Below the pieces are notes generated by a model. That model was not told the DNA's origin, did no database searches, and saw nothing but the letters and a program-made list of their open reading frames with translations. Source: the human T2T-CHM13v2.0 reference genome, Homo sapiens. Taken from it: a stretch of DNA of 64,000 nucleotides. The position numbers and the translations under genes were made by a program. Each line of letters begins with the position of its first letter. Within the stretch, counting starts at the first letter, position 1. This document shows positions 32,615-50,534 of the stretch, piece after piece. The stretch lies in the NCBI RefSeq assembly GCF_009914755.1, contig NC_060947.1; one strand, given 5' to 3'.

Positions 32615-35600
32615 AATATCTTTAAATGAACATGGAGAAACAGAGTTAAAATAAATAGGAAGTCATGTACAGTCCTGGTGGATACCAGAACTACTCTATC
32701 TGTCATAAACCCCACTTTAATAAGCCAACAAATCCCTCAGGGTAAAAAGATCATTTCTGTGGTGGGGGTTTCAAATCAAGTTCAAGAGGTTCCCACCTCT
32801 GAACATATTCAATTAACTTCGGGGGTCTTTTCAGAAAAATACACCTTTTTTTTTTTTTTTTGTACGATTTGATACTGCTCCAGTAAACTTGTTAGGGCAA
32901 GATTTACTTTCAAAGCTAAAAGGGCACATAAAATTTTCCTGATACAGATATGTAATCTTAGAGTTTCCTAAGTCTCTTGAGCCAGAATTGTTATGTTGTC
33001 TACAGGCAGAAAATGATAAAATCAAAACTCAGGCCTGTAATACCCCTGATCTTTCAAAAATACCTAAATGTTTATGGGTCTGTTTCTCAACTGACGTAGG
33101 AAAAATTAAAAGTATGGAACCTATAAAAGCCCAAATAGATCATTCTAAACTGTTACCTAAATTACACCAATATCCACTAAAACCTGAAGCAATTCAAAGG
33201 CTCTCGCCAATTGTAGATGATTTAATTAAACAAGGATTCATAATTCCATGCACCATCCCTTGTAACACTCCAATCTTACCAATTAAAAAACCAAATAGAT
33301 GAGGCTGGAGATTTGTTTGAGATTTATCGGAAATTAAAAAATATATAATACCAAGATTTTCTGTAGTCTGAAATCCTAATGCTTTGTTACCTAATGTACC
33401 CACTGATTTCAAGTGGTTCACAGTAATAGATCTCTGCTCAGCCTTCTTTGGCATTCCATTTCATAAAGAGAGTCCATACTTGTTTACCCTTACTTGGAAA
33501 AATCAGCAGTACACCAGAACCGTAATGACACAAGAGTTTACCGAAGCCCCTTCATATTTTTCCCAAACATTGCATCAGGAATTGGCACTACAATTTCGTC
33601 AAAATTCTACTCTCATTCAGTACATAGACTCATTGTTATGCTCTCCCACTAAGAAGTGCTCTGAAATTGACTCAGTTTACCTTTTACAGCAACTTTCATA
33701 TAAAAGTCACAAGGCTTTAATGAAAAACCTTCAGTTTTCAAGAGGAAAATCCACTATTTGGTACATAAATTGACTGCTGAAGGGATTTCACCTGAGAGGA
33801 TAAAAAGTGTTCTAAATTTTTCTCAACCTGCAACCAAAAGACACTTAAAAGAATTTCTGAGACTTGCCAGATATTGCAGATTATAGGTTCCAAATTTTTC
33901 CTTAACAGCTTCACCACTGTATAAGCTCACTGAAAATGCTGTACCGGAGCCTTTGCCTTAAGATGATAGTCATGAGCAGGGTTTTAGCCAAATGAAATTG
34001 GCCTTACAACAGCCCCCAGCTTTCAGATTTTCAAATTGCACTAAACCTTTCACCTTGGTTGATCATGAGCGTAAAAATCAGGCATTAGGATTCCTTACTC
34101 AAAAGCATAGTGGTAAACATAGACACATTAGATACTATAGACTTCAAGTAGGCCCAGTTGCTAAGGAACATTGTAATTGTTTAAAAACCAGTAACAGCAG
34201 TGGCCAACCTGGTAGAAGTTTCATCAGATATGATTTTCGGAACTGAACTTAATCTGCAAGTCCCACAGGCTGTGAAAAATCTATTAAATTCCAACCAAAT
34301 CCAGCATTTTTCAGTAAGTAGACTACCATCTCATGAATTACTACTACCATCTCATGAATTACTTCTCCTATCTCTTTCTAATCTTCATCAAAAATGCTGT
34401 AATCTACTTAACCTTACTACTCTATTACCTCTGTCTGATGATGGTGAAGACCACAATTGTTTAAGTGTAGTGTCAGAAATAGTGGTTCCTTGTGTTGATT
34501 TACAAGATACTCTACTGAATAATTCTCAATTAATACTCTTTGTTGATGCGTCCTATGCCAATAACTCAGAAGAAAAATATCAGGCAGAATATGCTGTTAC
34601 CACCCAAAGTGAGTTAATAGAAAAGAAAACTCTTCCTCAATTTAAGCTAGCCCAATGTGTGGAGCTTTTTGCCCTCACCGAGCTTGTCATACAGCTAAAG
34701 ACAAGTCAGTAAATATTTATACAAATAGCAGATATGTTTTTGGAGTAGTACATGATTTTTGCATGAGATGGAAATTTTGAGGGTTTCTCATCTCTAGTGG
34801 GAGCCCCATCAAAAACGGACTCCAAGTAGATGATCTCCTTTCTACTATCCTGTTGCCATTACAGATTGCTGTTATTAAGATTAAAGCTCACACTTGTAGA
34901 ACTGAACCTGAATATCAGGCAAACGCTTTAGCAGATTTTTATGCTAAAACAGCTAGTGCTGAAACTGTTAAAATATGCAATCTGAATGAATTTCCTAAGA
35001 TTAATCCAAGCCAACTTTCCTATGATAACCTATTTAATGAACAGTGCAATGCACATGATTTGGAAAAACAAAATTAGTGTGTAAAATAATGTAAATTTAG
35101 TGTGAAGCACAGACTCACAGAGGGCCTGGATGCTGTCCGGTCCTTCCTGAGTCTTTTAAACTTTCATTGTTAAAAGCTCTGCACTCCACAACTCATCATG
35201 AAATGGACAAAATGATCCAAACTGTGAAAAAATACTGATGGGATGACTGTTCCAAAATTGCTATAATGGTTTATAATTAAACTTTGACTTGTCAAACTCA
35301 TAATCCTGGAAAAACAATAAAAACTTCAGGTGGTATATTTCCACCACATGATGCACCATTTGGTGCATCTAACATTTTTAGATGGACTTCATTCAGTTGC
35401 TACCCAATAGGGTATCATTATGTTCTTTTAATAATTTGCATGTTTTCTAGTTGAATAGAGGCCTTCCCATGTAGGAAAGCTGCTGCTCTGACAGTGGCCT
35501 AGAATTTACTAGAAAATGTTTTTCTTTTATGAGAGATGCCTGGAAAAACTTCCAGTGATAGCAGAACTCATTTTACTGGGCAAGTTATAAAGCAGTTAAA

Positions 35601-36130
35601 TAAGTGTTATGGATAGTGTCACTACCATTGTCCTTATCACCCCCAGTCTTCTGGAAATGTTGAAAGAACAAATGGCATATTAAAACGGAAATTGTCAAAG
35701 TTAACTGAATCAATTGTATTGCCTTGGCCAAAGGTACTACCTTTGGCTTTCATGGCAATTAGATCCACTCCCATTGGAAAATGTAAGGTGATCCCTTATG
35801 AAATAGTCATCGGGAGACCTATGTCCCTAATAGTAGCACCTCATGCTTCTCCTGTTCTCTTAAACTCTTGTGTGGCTAAATACTGCAAGGCTTTAATGCA
35901 TTATGCCACAGTGTACTTTCACCAGGTAAAGGAAGCTTTTTGAGATTCACCAGCTGAGGACAATCAGACCCTCCATGATCTGAAACCTGAAGACTGGGTC
36001 TTCTGGAAACAATATCAGAAGACTGCTCTTGAACCTTCTTGAAAAAAAAATCATATGAAGTTCTTCTCACCACCCACCATTGCAGTTAAGCTTCAGGGCC
36101 TTGAACTTCTTGGGTCCACAACTCACAATT
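32615..36130 (+). pseudogene. pol: ERV pro-pol remnant (PR, RT, RNase H, IN)
   Basis: LVDTRT (DTG) protease; QYPLKPEA, CNTPILPIKKP, WFTVIDLCSAFF, LIQYIDS(LL) RT; LFVDASY and QANALAD RNase H; PWPKVLPLAFMAIRSTP integrase. Confidence 0.92.
34322..34363. repeat. 21-bp perfect tandem duplication in pol (LPSHELL x2)
   Basis: ACTACCATCTCATGAATTACT twice. Confidence 0.95.
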
Positions 36131-36248
36131 CAAAAGGGACCTTTCAGACTCCTGAACCTGTACTCCTTGAAATCTTTCCTCAGAAGCAAATGGCATCCTC
36201 GTTGTGAACAGCTTTCCCAAGATCATGGATCAAGACTTCTCTACCGTC

Positions 36249-39300
<3,052 letters not shown>

Positions 39301-39903
39301 TGTCAAAGAGTCAACCCCTATAAAATATTTAAAGAGATTTATTCTAAGCCAGTTATGAATGACCATGGTCCATGACTCAGCCCTCAAAATGTCCTGAGAA
39401 CATGTGCCCAAGGTGGTTGGGGTGCAGCTTGGTTTTATACATTTTAGGAAGGCATGAAAGTTTAATCAGATACATTTAAGAAATACATTGGTTTGGTTGA
39501 GAAAGGTGGGACTACTCTAAGTGGGGCGGGGATGTGGGGGGTCTAGTTTATATGTAAATTTAAATATTCTTTGGTTGACAATTGCTTGAATTTATCTAAA
39601 GACCTGAGTTCAATAGAAATGAGTGTTTGGGTTAAGATAAAGCATTGTGGAAACCCAAGTTCTTATTTGCAGGGGAAATCTCCAGGTAGTAGGCTTCAGA
39701 GAGAATAGGTTTTAAAATGATTTTTTATCAGATTTAAAGTCTTTGTTGATGTTTATGCCAAGTGGTATAATGAGGCATGTCTGACCCCCACTTTCTGTCA
39801 TGGCCTGAAATAGTTTCTCAGGTTAAATTTTAAAAGAGCCCTGGCTGAAGAGAAAGTTCATTCAGATGGTTGGGGTGCCTTAGAATTTTATTTTGGGTTT
39901 ACA
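39301..39903 (-). mobile_element. MER4B-like 3' LTR
   Basis: AGAGATTTATTCTAAGCC...CTGAGAACATGTGCCCAAGGTGG...GGTTTACA, followed by an antisense PPT (TTCTCCCTCTTCTGG). Confidence 0.85.
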
Positions 39904-42696
39904 TTCTCCCTCTTCTGGCCAAGATTTGCCAGAGGCAACATCAAAGGTCAGCCAATCTTTATTTTGTCAGCTAGCATTGCTAGAGTGTCATGGCTGCCTG
40001 TCCCATGTCCATCCTGTCCCTCAGTGGGACTCCCTATGGCCAAGGGCCTTAAGAATAAAAATACTGATAGCCAATTAATTGTCCTAGGCCATATAGAAAT
40101 GGATGTAGACAGGCATTTCTTACATCTTAAAATTATTATTTTAGGTAAAAAGCCAACAAATAAAAAGCAAAATGCAAAGTTACAAAACTGGTTTATTTTT
40201 AACTTCTATATGTTGTGCTACATGTAAGCTTTGTTTTTGTTACAGACTTACAGCAAGTAGCTATACAAAACATAAGCATTTTTCTAAACATTTTTTGAAT
40301 ATAGATATAGATATATCTATCTTTGCAAACTCATAACTGATAGTATCATACCCAGTAGGCTTTGTTAACAGGTATCATTATTCTCTCAGTAAATATTTTA
40401 TTTTAATTCTATGGGAAGCAGAAAATTTTTTTATAGTTAGGATAAATGTAAAAATGACAAATAATGGCTTAGAAGACTTGTTTTACCAGCTGTTTAGGAA
40501 TCTTTGCATCCCTCCTTGATTTGGAGAGTCTGACCTTGACCGGATTCTATCCCTCAAAACCAGCCCTTAGAACCTCACATGCCCACTTCTTCTGGGACAG
40601 TCCCTTAACCAAAGGAAGGTTGCTTGTATAGTTTTAGCAGCAGGACATTTGCAGGAAAAACAGATTGGGCCTAGTGGGATGACAAATGAGGGATATTCAC
40701 ATCTCTGGTCTTGAGAGTACCATTATTTTTGTGTCCTTGGATGTAAAACAGGGAGAGACAAATAATATTAATATTTTGACAATGAACATAGTATTTATGT
40801 GTTAGAACAGAAAAAGGAGCCAACTCCATTAAGGAACCAACAAGTAAAATGTGAAGAAAAATTATAATCTGCTACTCTCTAGGATTATCATAGCCAAGAA
40901 ATAATTCATGATTCTATCTGCACTTAAAAAAAAAACAAAAAACAAAAAAAAATAAAAGTTAGGGTTGAAATCTAGCACCAAGTGTTTTGCTTTTCCATTG
41001 AAACAATTTCTCTAGACCTGTTTTTCTATTAAAGAGAAATTATAGTAAGACCAATTTGTTTGCAAAATATGTTTTAGTCTTAATATACTTGGCCTGATTA
41101 TTTGCATAAAATGCAGCAAGAATTGAGTGGCTATATAGGCTCCTTTTAAATTGGATTTGCAGGAACTTTGCCTAAAAATATACTATTTTAGTTTAAGTCT
41201 TGGTAAAACAACCAGTGTCTCTGATTGTTCTGTTTTTAAAGACTCTTTTTGAACTAATACAAATAATTATATTGTCATAAAATCACAATCAAAATGTTGG
41301 AGAACTCAGAGAGAAAGGTAAATTTGATTACAAAAAAAAGTACTTCCCCAAATAATTCAAAAGAAAAAGATTTTATTGACCCTTTTTAAACCAGAGCAGT
41401 AACTTGATGTTTGTTTACCTTGAAAATGCCATTCACAAGCCAAACAGCTCATGAAAGCTATCTCTCAGGCACTGTAGAATCTAACAGCTCCTCGCATAGT
41501 TAGAATTAGTTCTATAAAAAAGGCTCCCTGCTTATGAGAAACTCCTCCTTATATTCCCAGGTAGCAAGATTCTATGTAAACTGATTTTATTTCATCATGA
41601 AACTCTTTTGGGCACCATTTTTCCATTAGCATAGGGGTAATTTCAGTTAACATTCCATAGTAAGGCAGTAAATGCCCCTCAGTTGGAAATTCTCTGGTTC
41701 AGTCATTGTCATTGGGAAGTACTCACAGTCTTTTGCCATCAGCGCCAGTAAATGCTCTGCAAAGGGCTATGAAGTGGAGGATTTGTCCTGACTATCACTC
41801 CAGTTTCTAACCTATACTTTGTGAACTTGGGTGATTTTATTAGTTCCTATTTAACGTGTCTAAGTAACACTTCTTAAAGGAGCAGATTTACATGCCTTCA
41901 GTTTTATAGTACTATACAGGGGATACAACCTTCAGTTACATACAATACCTACTTTCATGAGATTTACATAAAAATTAGTCTGGCTGTCCACTCAGAAATA
42001 ACTTCCTGTGCATTTGGATCACATATTCTCATCAGTGATTGTTCAATAGAGACCTGTGGGTCCTGCCTCAAACCAAAAAAGCTCTTAAATTCTGTAGAAT
42101 TTAAAATTATTATTTTTTCCTTAAAGTGGTTATTTTTACAATTTATCACATAGACTTTTTAACAAACTGATGATACCAAGCTACAAAATAAAAAAATTTC
42201 TTTGCATTATACCCTGTGGTTTTAATAGTTACTTGGTTTTGCCCTTCCCCCATATTGACTATCTTTTTGCTAGCCACAGTTCTTAGAGTTAACTTTTCTT
42301 GCCCTGGCTTAATTGTTCTTTTGATTCATTTAGTTTTATCTGTGTAATTTTCCTTCATTTAGAGGTAACTATTAAATTGTTTCTTAACTAAAAAATAAAC
42401 TACATTTTTTTCTTCCTTTTTAATTTTTTCTTTTTAGAAAACTTGACATCCTTGTGTTTTATAAACTCACCAAAAACATATTTTATGCTTTTGGGAACCC
42501 AAAATTCTCAGTGAAAAAACTCCAAAGTTATAACATCATATGATTTTAAGATTTTGAACTACTGAAGAGAAATTTGAGATTAAATTTACCAAATTAATCT
42601 TACCAAAGATTACTAAGGTTATGTGAATTAAAAGGGATCTGAGCTAGTTTCTTCTAATCTGATAAGCATGTATTTTTTTAAAAGTTACTTGATTAG

Positions 42697-42988
<292 letters not shown>

Positions 42989-43298
42989 TTACTTGATTAG
43001 AGCTCTTTCACATAGTTGGGTAGTGAAATATCACTTCCATGTGACACATTTAAAGATAGAGATATAACAGGCATGCAGAATAAGAGGGCAAGTCCAAAAA
43101 ATATTTTATTTGCCTGTTTCCAAAAAAATTCTCTCTCTTACTTTAGATAATTGATAAAATGTTACAGGAGCTAATAAAAGATGAAGGAAAGAGTAAACAT
43201 CCACGGCCATTTCAAAAGAGAAAGAGCCGTATTTTTTTGAGATATGAATCTGAAGACTGTAAAAAAGACAGATTATAGAATTTATAATTAAAAACTTA

Positions 43299-46200
43299 AT
43301 AATTCATCACATAAACAGAACCAATGACAAAAATCACATGATTATCTCAATAGATTCAGAAAAGGCCTTTGATAAAATTCAACACCGCTTCATGCTAAAA
43401 CCTCTCAATAAACTAGGAATTGATGGAACATATCTCAAAATAATAAGAGCTATTTATGACAAACCCACAGCCAATATCATACTGAATGGGCAAAAACTGG
43501 AAAGATTCCCTTTGAAAACTGGCACAAGACAAGGATGCCCTTTGTCACCACTCCTATTCAACATAGTACTGGAAGTTCTGGCCTGGGCAATCAGGCAAGA
43601 GAAAGAAATAAAAGGTATTCAAATAAGTTGAGAGGAAGTCCATGCCTATGTTCTGAATGTTATTGCCTAGGTTTTCTTCTAGGGTTTTATGACATTAGGT
43701 CTTAAAACACCAAAAGCAATGGCAACAAAAGCCAAAATAGACATATGGGATCTAATTAAACAAAAGAGCTTCTGCACAGCAAATGAAACTATCATCAGAG
43801 TGAACAGGCAACCTACAGAATGGGAGAAAATCTTTGCAATCTACCCATCTGACAAAGGGCTAATATCCAGAATCTACAAAGAACTTAAACAGATTTACAA
43901 GAAAAAAACAAACAACACCATCAAAAAGTGGACAAAGGATATGAACGGACACTTCTCAAAAGAAGACATTTATGCCACCAACAGACACATGAAAAAATGC
44001 TCATCATTACTGGTCATCAGAGAAATGCAAATCAAAACCACAGTGAGATACCATCTCATGCCAGTTAGAATGGCGATCATTAAAAAGTCAGGAAACAACA
44101 AATGCTGGAGAGGATGTGGAGAAATAAGAATGCTTTTACACTGTTGGTGGGAGTGTAAATTGGTTCAACCATTGTGGAAGACAGTGTGGCAATTCCTCAA
44201 GGATCTAGAACTAAAAATACCATTTGATCCAGTTATCCCATTACTGGGTATATACCCAAAGGATTATAAATTATGCTACTATAAAGACACATGCACATGT
44301 ATGTTTATTGTGGCACTATTCACAATAGCAAAGACTTGGAACCAACCCAAATGTCCATCAATGATAGACTGGAGTAAGAAAATGTGGCACATATTCACCA
44401 TGGAATACTCTACAGCCATAAAAAAGGATGAGTTCATGTCCTTTGCAGGAACATGCATGAAGCTGGAAACCATCATTCTAAGCAAACTGTCATAAGGACC
44501 CAAACACAGCATGTTCTCACTCATAGGTGGGAGTTGAACAAAGAGAACACATGGACACAGGGTGAGGAACATCACACACCAGGGACTGTCATTGGGGGGG
44601 GGACTTGGGGAGGGATAACAATAGGAGAAATACCTAATGTACATGACGAGTTGATGGGTGCAGCAAACCAACATGGCACATGTATACATATGTAACAAAC
44701 CTGAACGTTGTGCACAGGTACCCTGGAACTTAAAGTATAATTTTTAAAAAGTGTCATTATAAAAACAGGTGTATTTATTTTTAAAATTTCACTATCTATA
44801 CCTATGTAACAAACCTGCACATTCTGCACATGTATCCCATTTTTTAGAAGAAAAAAAATGAAGAGAGGAAGTAAAATTGTCTCTGTTTGCAGATGACATG
44901 ATTGCATATTTAGAAAACCCCATCGTCTCAGCACAAAATCTCCTTAAGCTGATAAGCAACTTCAGCAAAGTCTCAAGATACAAAATCAATGTGCAAAAAT
45001 CACAAGCATTCCTATACACCAATAATAGACAAACAGAGAGCCAAATCATGAGTGAACTCCCATTCACAATTCCTACAAAGAGAATGAAATACCTAGGAAT
45101 AAAACTTGCAAGGGATGTGAAGGACCTTGTCAAAGAGAACCACAAACCTCTGCTCTAGGAAATAAGAGAGAACACAAACAAATGGAAAAACATTCCATGC
45201 TTATGGACAGGAAGAATCAATATCATGAAAATGGCCATAGTATCTAAAGTAATGTATAGATTCAATGCTATCCCCATCAAGCTACCATGAGCTTTCATCA
45301 CAAAATTAGAAACAACTACTTTAAATTTCATATGGAACCAAAAAAGGGCCCATATGGCCAAGAGAATCCTAAATGAAAAGAGCAAAGCTGAAGACATTAC
45401 ATTACCTGACTTCAAACTATAGTACAAGGCTACAGTAACCAAAACAGCATGGTACTGGTATGAAAATAGAAATATAGACCAATGGAACAGAACAGAGGCC
45501 TCAGAAATAATACCACACATCTACAACCATCTGATCTTTGACAAACCTGAGAAAAACAAGCAATGGGGAAAGGATTCCCTGTTTAATAAATGGTGTTGGG
45601 AAAACTGGCTAGCCATATGCAGAAAACTGAAACTGGATCCCTTCCTTACACCTTATACAAAAATTAACTCTAGATGGATTAAAGACTTCAACATAATTCC
45701 CAAAACCATACAAACCTTAGAAGAAAACCTAGGCAATACCATTCTGGACATAGACATGTGCAAAGACTTCATGACTAAAACACCAAAAGCAATGGCAACA
45801 AAAGCCAAAATTGACAAATGGGATCTAATTAAACTAAAGAGCTTCTGCACAGCACAAGAAGCTATCATCAGCATGAACAGGCAACCTACAGAATGGGAGA
45901 AAATTTTGCAATCTACCCATCTGACAAAGGGCAAATATCCAGAATCTACAAATAACTTAAACAAATTTACAAGAAATAAACAAACAACCCCATCAAAAAG
46001 TGGGCGAAGGATATGAACAGACATTTTTGAAAAGAAGACATTTATGAGGCCAAAAAGCATATGAAACAAAGCTCGTCATCACCAGTCATTAGAGAAATGC
46101 AAACCACCTCATGCCAGTTAGAATGGCAATCATTAAGAAGTCAGGAAACAACAGATGCTGACCAGGATGTGGAGAATTAGGAAAACTTTTACAATGTTCG

Positions 46201-46795
46201 TGGGAGTGTAAATTAGTTCAACCATTGTGGAAGACAGTGTCGCGATTCCTCAAGGATGTAGAACCAGAAATACCATTTAACCCAGCAATCTCACTACTGG
46301 GTATATATCCAAAGGATTATAAGCCATTCTACTATAAAGACACATGCACATGTATGTCTGTTGCAGCACTGTTCACAATAGCAAACCCAAATTTTCATCA
46401 ATGATAGACTGGATAAAGAAAATGTGGCACATATACAGCAAGGAATATTATGCAGTTCTAAAAAGGATGTGTTTATGTCTTTTGAAGTGACATGGATGAA
46501 GCTGGAAACCATCATTCTCAGCAAACTAACACAGAAACAGAAAACCAAACACTGCATCTTCTCACTCACAACTGGGAGTTGAACAGTGAGAACACATGGA
46601 CACAGGGAGGGAATCATCACACACCAGGGCCTGTCGGGGGATGGTGGGCTATGGGAGGGATAGCATTAGGAGAAATGCCTTATGTAGATGACGGGTTGAT
46701 GGGTGCAGCAAACCACCATTTCACGTGTATACCTATGTAACAAACCTGCACGTTCTGCACATGTATCCCAGAACTTAAAGTATAATAAAAAAAGA
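43299..46795 (+). mobile_element. 5'-truncated L1PA7-like element (43299-43639 plus 44863-46795)
   Basis: RT region ([11 protein letters not shown] ... SLFADDMI) continuous across the insertion; PA7-type 3' UTR. Confidence 0.85.
43640..44862 (+). mobile_element. L1PA5/6-like insertion with 5' inversion and 3' transduced tail
   Basis: Inverted L1 piece 43640-43702, sense L1 43703-44745, extra sequence to ~44858; TSD core GAGAGGAAGT at 43630-43639 and 44863-44872. Confidence 0.8.
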
Positions 46796-46912
46796 ATAAG
46801 CCAATATTTTAAATAAAAGCTTGTTTTAATCAATTATTTAGTTTTGTATTAGTGTATTTTTGTTAATATCAAAGACCATCTCTAGAAAGACTATTATAAT
46901 TTCCTTTTCTAC

Positions 46913-47208
46913 TTTTTTTTTTAAAGACAGAATCTTGCTCTGTCACCCAGGCTGGAGTGCAGTGGTGTGATCTCAGCTCACTAAAGCCTCCACCTCCTGG
47001 GTTCAAGTGATTCTCATGGCTTAGCCTCCCAAGTAACTGGGACTAAAGGCACATGCCACCAGGCTGGGCTAATTTTTGTATTTATTTTAGTAGAGTCAGG
47101 GTTTTACCATGTTGGCCAGGCTGGTCTTAAACTCCTGACTTCAAGTGGGCTGCCTGCCTCAGCCTCCCAAAGTCCTGGGATTACAGGCATGAGCCACTGC
47201 AACCGGCC
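46913..47208 (-). mobile_element. AluS without TSD
   Basis: Reverse dimeric Alu; flanks are unrelated (MER4-int left, L1MA right). Confidence 0.93.
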
Positions 47209-49605
47209 ATATGGTCACTTCTATTTATGCTGAGAAAGCATTTGATAAAATTTAACATCCCTCCTAATCAAAACCCTAAAGAAACTGGGTATAGAAGAAA
47301 CATAACTCAACATAATAAAAAACATATACGACAGACCCACAGTATCATACAAAATGGGGAAAAACTGAAAGCTTTTCCTTTAAGATCTGAATCACAAGGA
47401 TGCCCACTTTCCACTTTTATTCGACAAAATACTAAAAGTCCTAGCTAGAGCAATCAGACAATAGAAAGAAATAGAGGGCATCCTAATTGGAGTGGGAAAA
47501 GTCAAATTATTCTTGTTTGCAAATTATATAATCTTATATTTGGAAAACAAAAAAACTCCACCAAAAAAAAACTTTTAGAACTGATAAGCCAATTCGGTAA
47601 CACTGCCAGATACAAAATCAACACACAAAAATCAGTAGCATTTCTATATGCCAACAGTAAACAATGTTAAAAAGAAATAAAAATGTAATCCCACATTTAA
47701 AATTTAGCCACACATAAAATTCAATACCTAGAAATTAACTTAACCAAACACGTGAAATATCTCTGTAATGAAAACTATAAAATATTGATGAAAAAATTGA
47801 AAAGGACACACACAAAAAGGATATTTTATGTTCATGGATTGGAAGAATCAATGTTGTTGAAATGTCCATACTATCCAAAGCAATCTACATACTGAATGCA
47901 ATTTCTATCAAAATACCAATGACATTCTTCACAGAAAGAGAAAAAAGCAATCCTAAATTTTATATGAAATCACAAAAGACCCTAAATAGCCAAGGTGTCC
48001 TAAGCAAAAAGAACAACATTGGAGAATCACATTATCTTACTTCAAATTATACTACCGAGGTATAGTAACCAAAACAGCATGGCACTGGCATAAAAACAGA
48101 CACATAGACCAATGGAACAAAATACACAACCCAGAAACAAATTCACACACTTCCAGTAAACTGATTTTTGTCAAAAGTGCCAAGAACATACACTCGAAAA
48201 AAAATGTCTCTTCAATAAATGGTGCTGGGAAAACGGGACATCTATATGCAGAAGAATAAAACTAGACCTCTGTCTCTCACCATATACAAAAATCAAATTA
48301 AAATAAATGAAAGGCTTAAATCTAAGACCTCAGACTATGAAACTACTACAAGCAAACATTGGGGAAATTTCCCAGGACATTGGTCTTGGCAAAAATTTCC
48401 TGAGCCATATCCCAGAAGCACAGGCAACCAAAGTAAAAATGAACAAATGGGATCACATCAAATTAAAAAGCTCTTGCACAGCAGAGGATACAATCAACAA
48501 AGTGAAGAGACAACTCTTCAGAATGGGAGAAAATATTTGCAAACTACCTTTCTGGCAAAGGATTAATAACTAGAATGTATAAGGAGCTTAAACAACTGTA
48601 TAGAAAAAGAAACTAGTAATCTGATTTTAAAAAGTTTGAAAGATTTGAATAGATATTTCTCAAAAAAAGACAAATCACAAACAAGCGTATGTAAAGACGA
48701 TGAACACTATTGATCATTAGAGAAATGCAAATCAAAACTACAATGAGGTATTATCTTGCCCCATTTAAAATGGCTTACATCCAAAGGACAGGCAATAACA
48801 AATACTGTCAAGGATGTGGAGAAAAGGGAACGATTTTATACCGTTGGTGAAAATGTAAGTCAGTACCACCCCTATGGAGAACAGTTTGGGGGTTCCTCAG
48901 AAAACTAGAAATAAAGTTACCATATGATTCAGTAATCCTACTGCTGGGTATATATGCAAGGGAAAGAAAATCACTATATGGAAGAGATATTTGCACTCTT
49001 TTGTTTGTTGCAGCATCTTCACAATAGCCAAGATTTGGAAGCAACGTAAGTGGCCATCAATAGATGTGTGGATAAAGAAATTGTGGTACTTATACACAAT
49101 GGACTGCTGTTCAGCCATTAAAAAAATGAGATCCTGTCACTTGCAACACCATGGATGAAACTGAAGATTATTATGATATGTGAAATAAGCCAGGCACAGA
49201 AATACAAATACCACATGTTCTTACTTATTCTGTGATCTAAAAATCAAAGAAATTGAATTTGTGGACACAGAGAATAGAAGGATGGTTAACAGAGGCTGGG
49301 AAGAGTAGTGGGGGTGGGAGGAGAAGGTATGGTTAATGAGTACAAAAGTAATAGAATATATAAGAGCTAATATTTGATAGCACAATAGGGTGACTATAGT
49401 GAATAATAAGTGGGTTGCATATTTTTAAATAAGTATAATTAGATTGTTTGTAACACAAAGGATAAATGCTCGAGGGGGTGGGTACCCCATTCTCTATGAT
49501 GTGATTATTATGCATTGCATGTCTGTATCAAAACATTGTGTTTACCTCATACATATATACACCTACTATGTACTCAAAAAATAAAAAGTTCAAAAACATA
49601 AAAAA
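47209..49605 (+). mobile_element. L1MA1/2-like 3' portion
   Basis: ORF2 remnants; 3' end GGATAAATGCTCGAGGGGGTGGGTACCCC...ACCTACTATGTAC. Confidence 0.85.
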
Positions 49606-49996
49606 TGGAGTTAGTCTTATTATTTGTGTGTGTGTATTGTGCGTGTGTGACTGCTTATGAGGGAAACCTAAATTATTTTTTTCATAAAAAAGTGAATAGA
49701 TAAAATGTGTGACTGAGAATTCAAAAAGGAGCATTATACAAATTTTGTTTAGAAATATATAGATAAATAACTTATGGAAAAGCTAAAGGATTTGAAAGGT
49801 TTCTCATGAAAAATGTACCTCTGATTTATTTCAACTTTTCCAGTCACCATAATCTTCATTGTTGATGTTCTTTGGAGAAAATTCCTCCACCTCATTCTAA
49901 TATTTTATCAATTTTTTAATGAAAGTAAAATATCTGGGAGTGGCAAATAGTCTGTGATTGACAAGACAGACACTAATGCAAACAATTTTATAATAT

Positions 49997-50440
49997 TGTG
50001 AAAGGAACATAAATCTTTGGACCCCCAAATCACTGAGCTAAAAGGGAAAGTCAAGCTGGCAACTGCTTAAGACAAACCTGTATCCCATTCTATTCAAGAT
50101 TGTACCTCTGCACATTGAGATAAATGCATATCTGATTGCCTCCTTTGGAAAGTCTAATCAGAAACTCAAACGAATGTTTGTCTCTTATCTGCCTATAACC
50201 TGGAGTCCCCTGCCCACTTCGAGTTGTTCTGCCATACCGGCTCAAACCAATGTACATCTTACATATACTGATTGATGCCTCATATCTCTCTAAAATGTAT
50301 AAAACCAAGCTGTGCCCTGACCACCTTGGGTACATGTCCTCAGGACCTCCTGAGGGTGTGTCACGGGTGCATATCCTTAATGTTGGCATAATATACTTCC
50401 TAAATAGACTGAGACCTATCTCATATATTTGGGTTTCACA
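49997..50440 (+). mobile_element. MER4A/MER4A1 solo LTR
   Basis: TGTGAAAGGAACATAAATCTTTGGACCCCCAAATCACT...TTCACA; flanks ATAT / ACAT. Confidence 0.88.
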
Positions 50441-50534
50441 ACATGTTGTTGGACAGATATATGTTATGTGGAAAAATCATAGTAAAGATATTCAGAATTT
50501 AATTTGAATGGGTAAGTGTGGTGGTGCTGGACTC

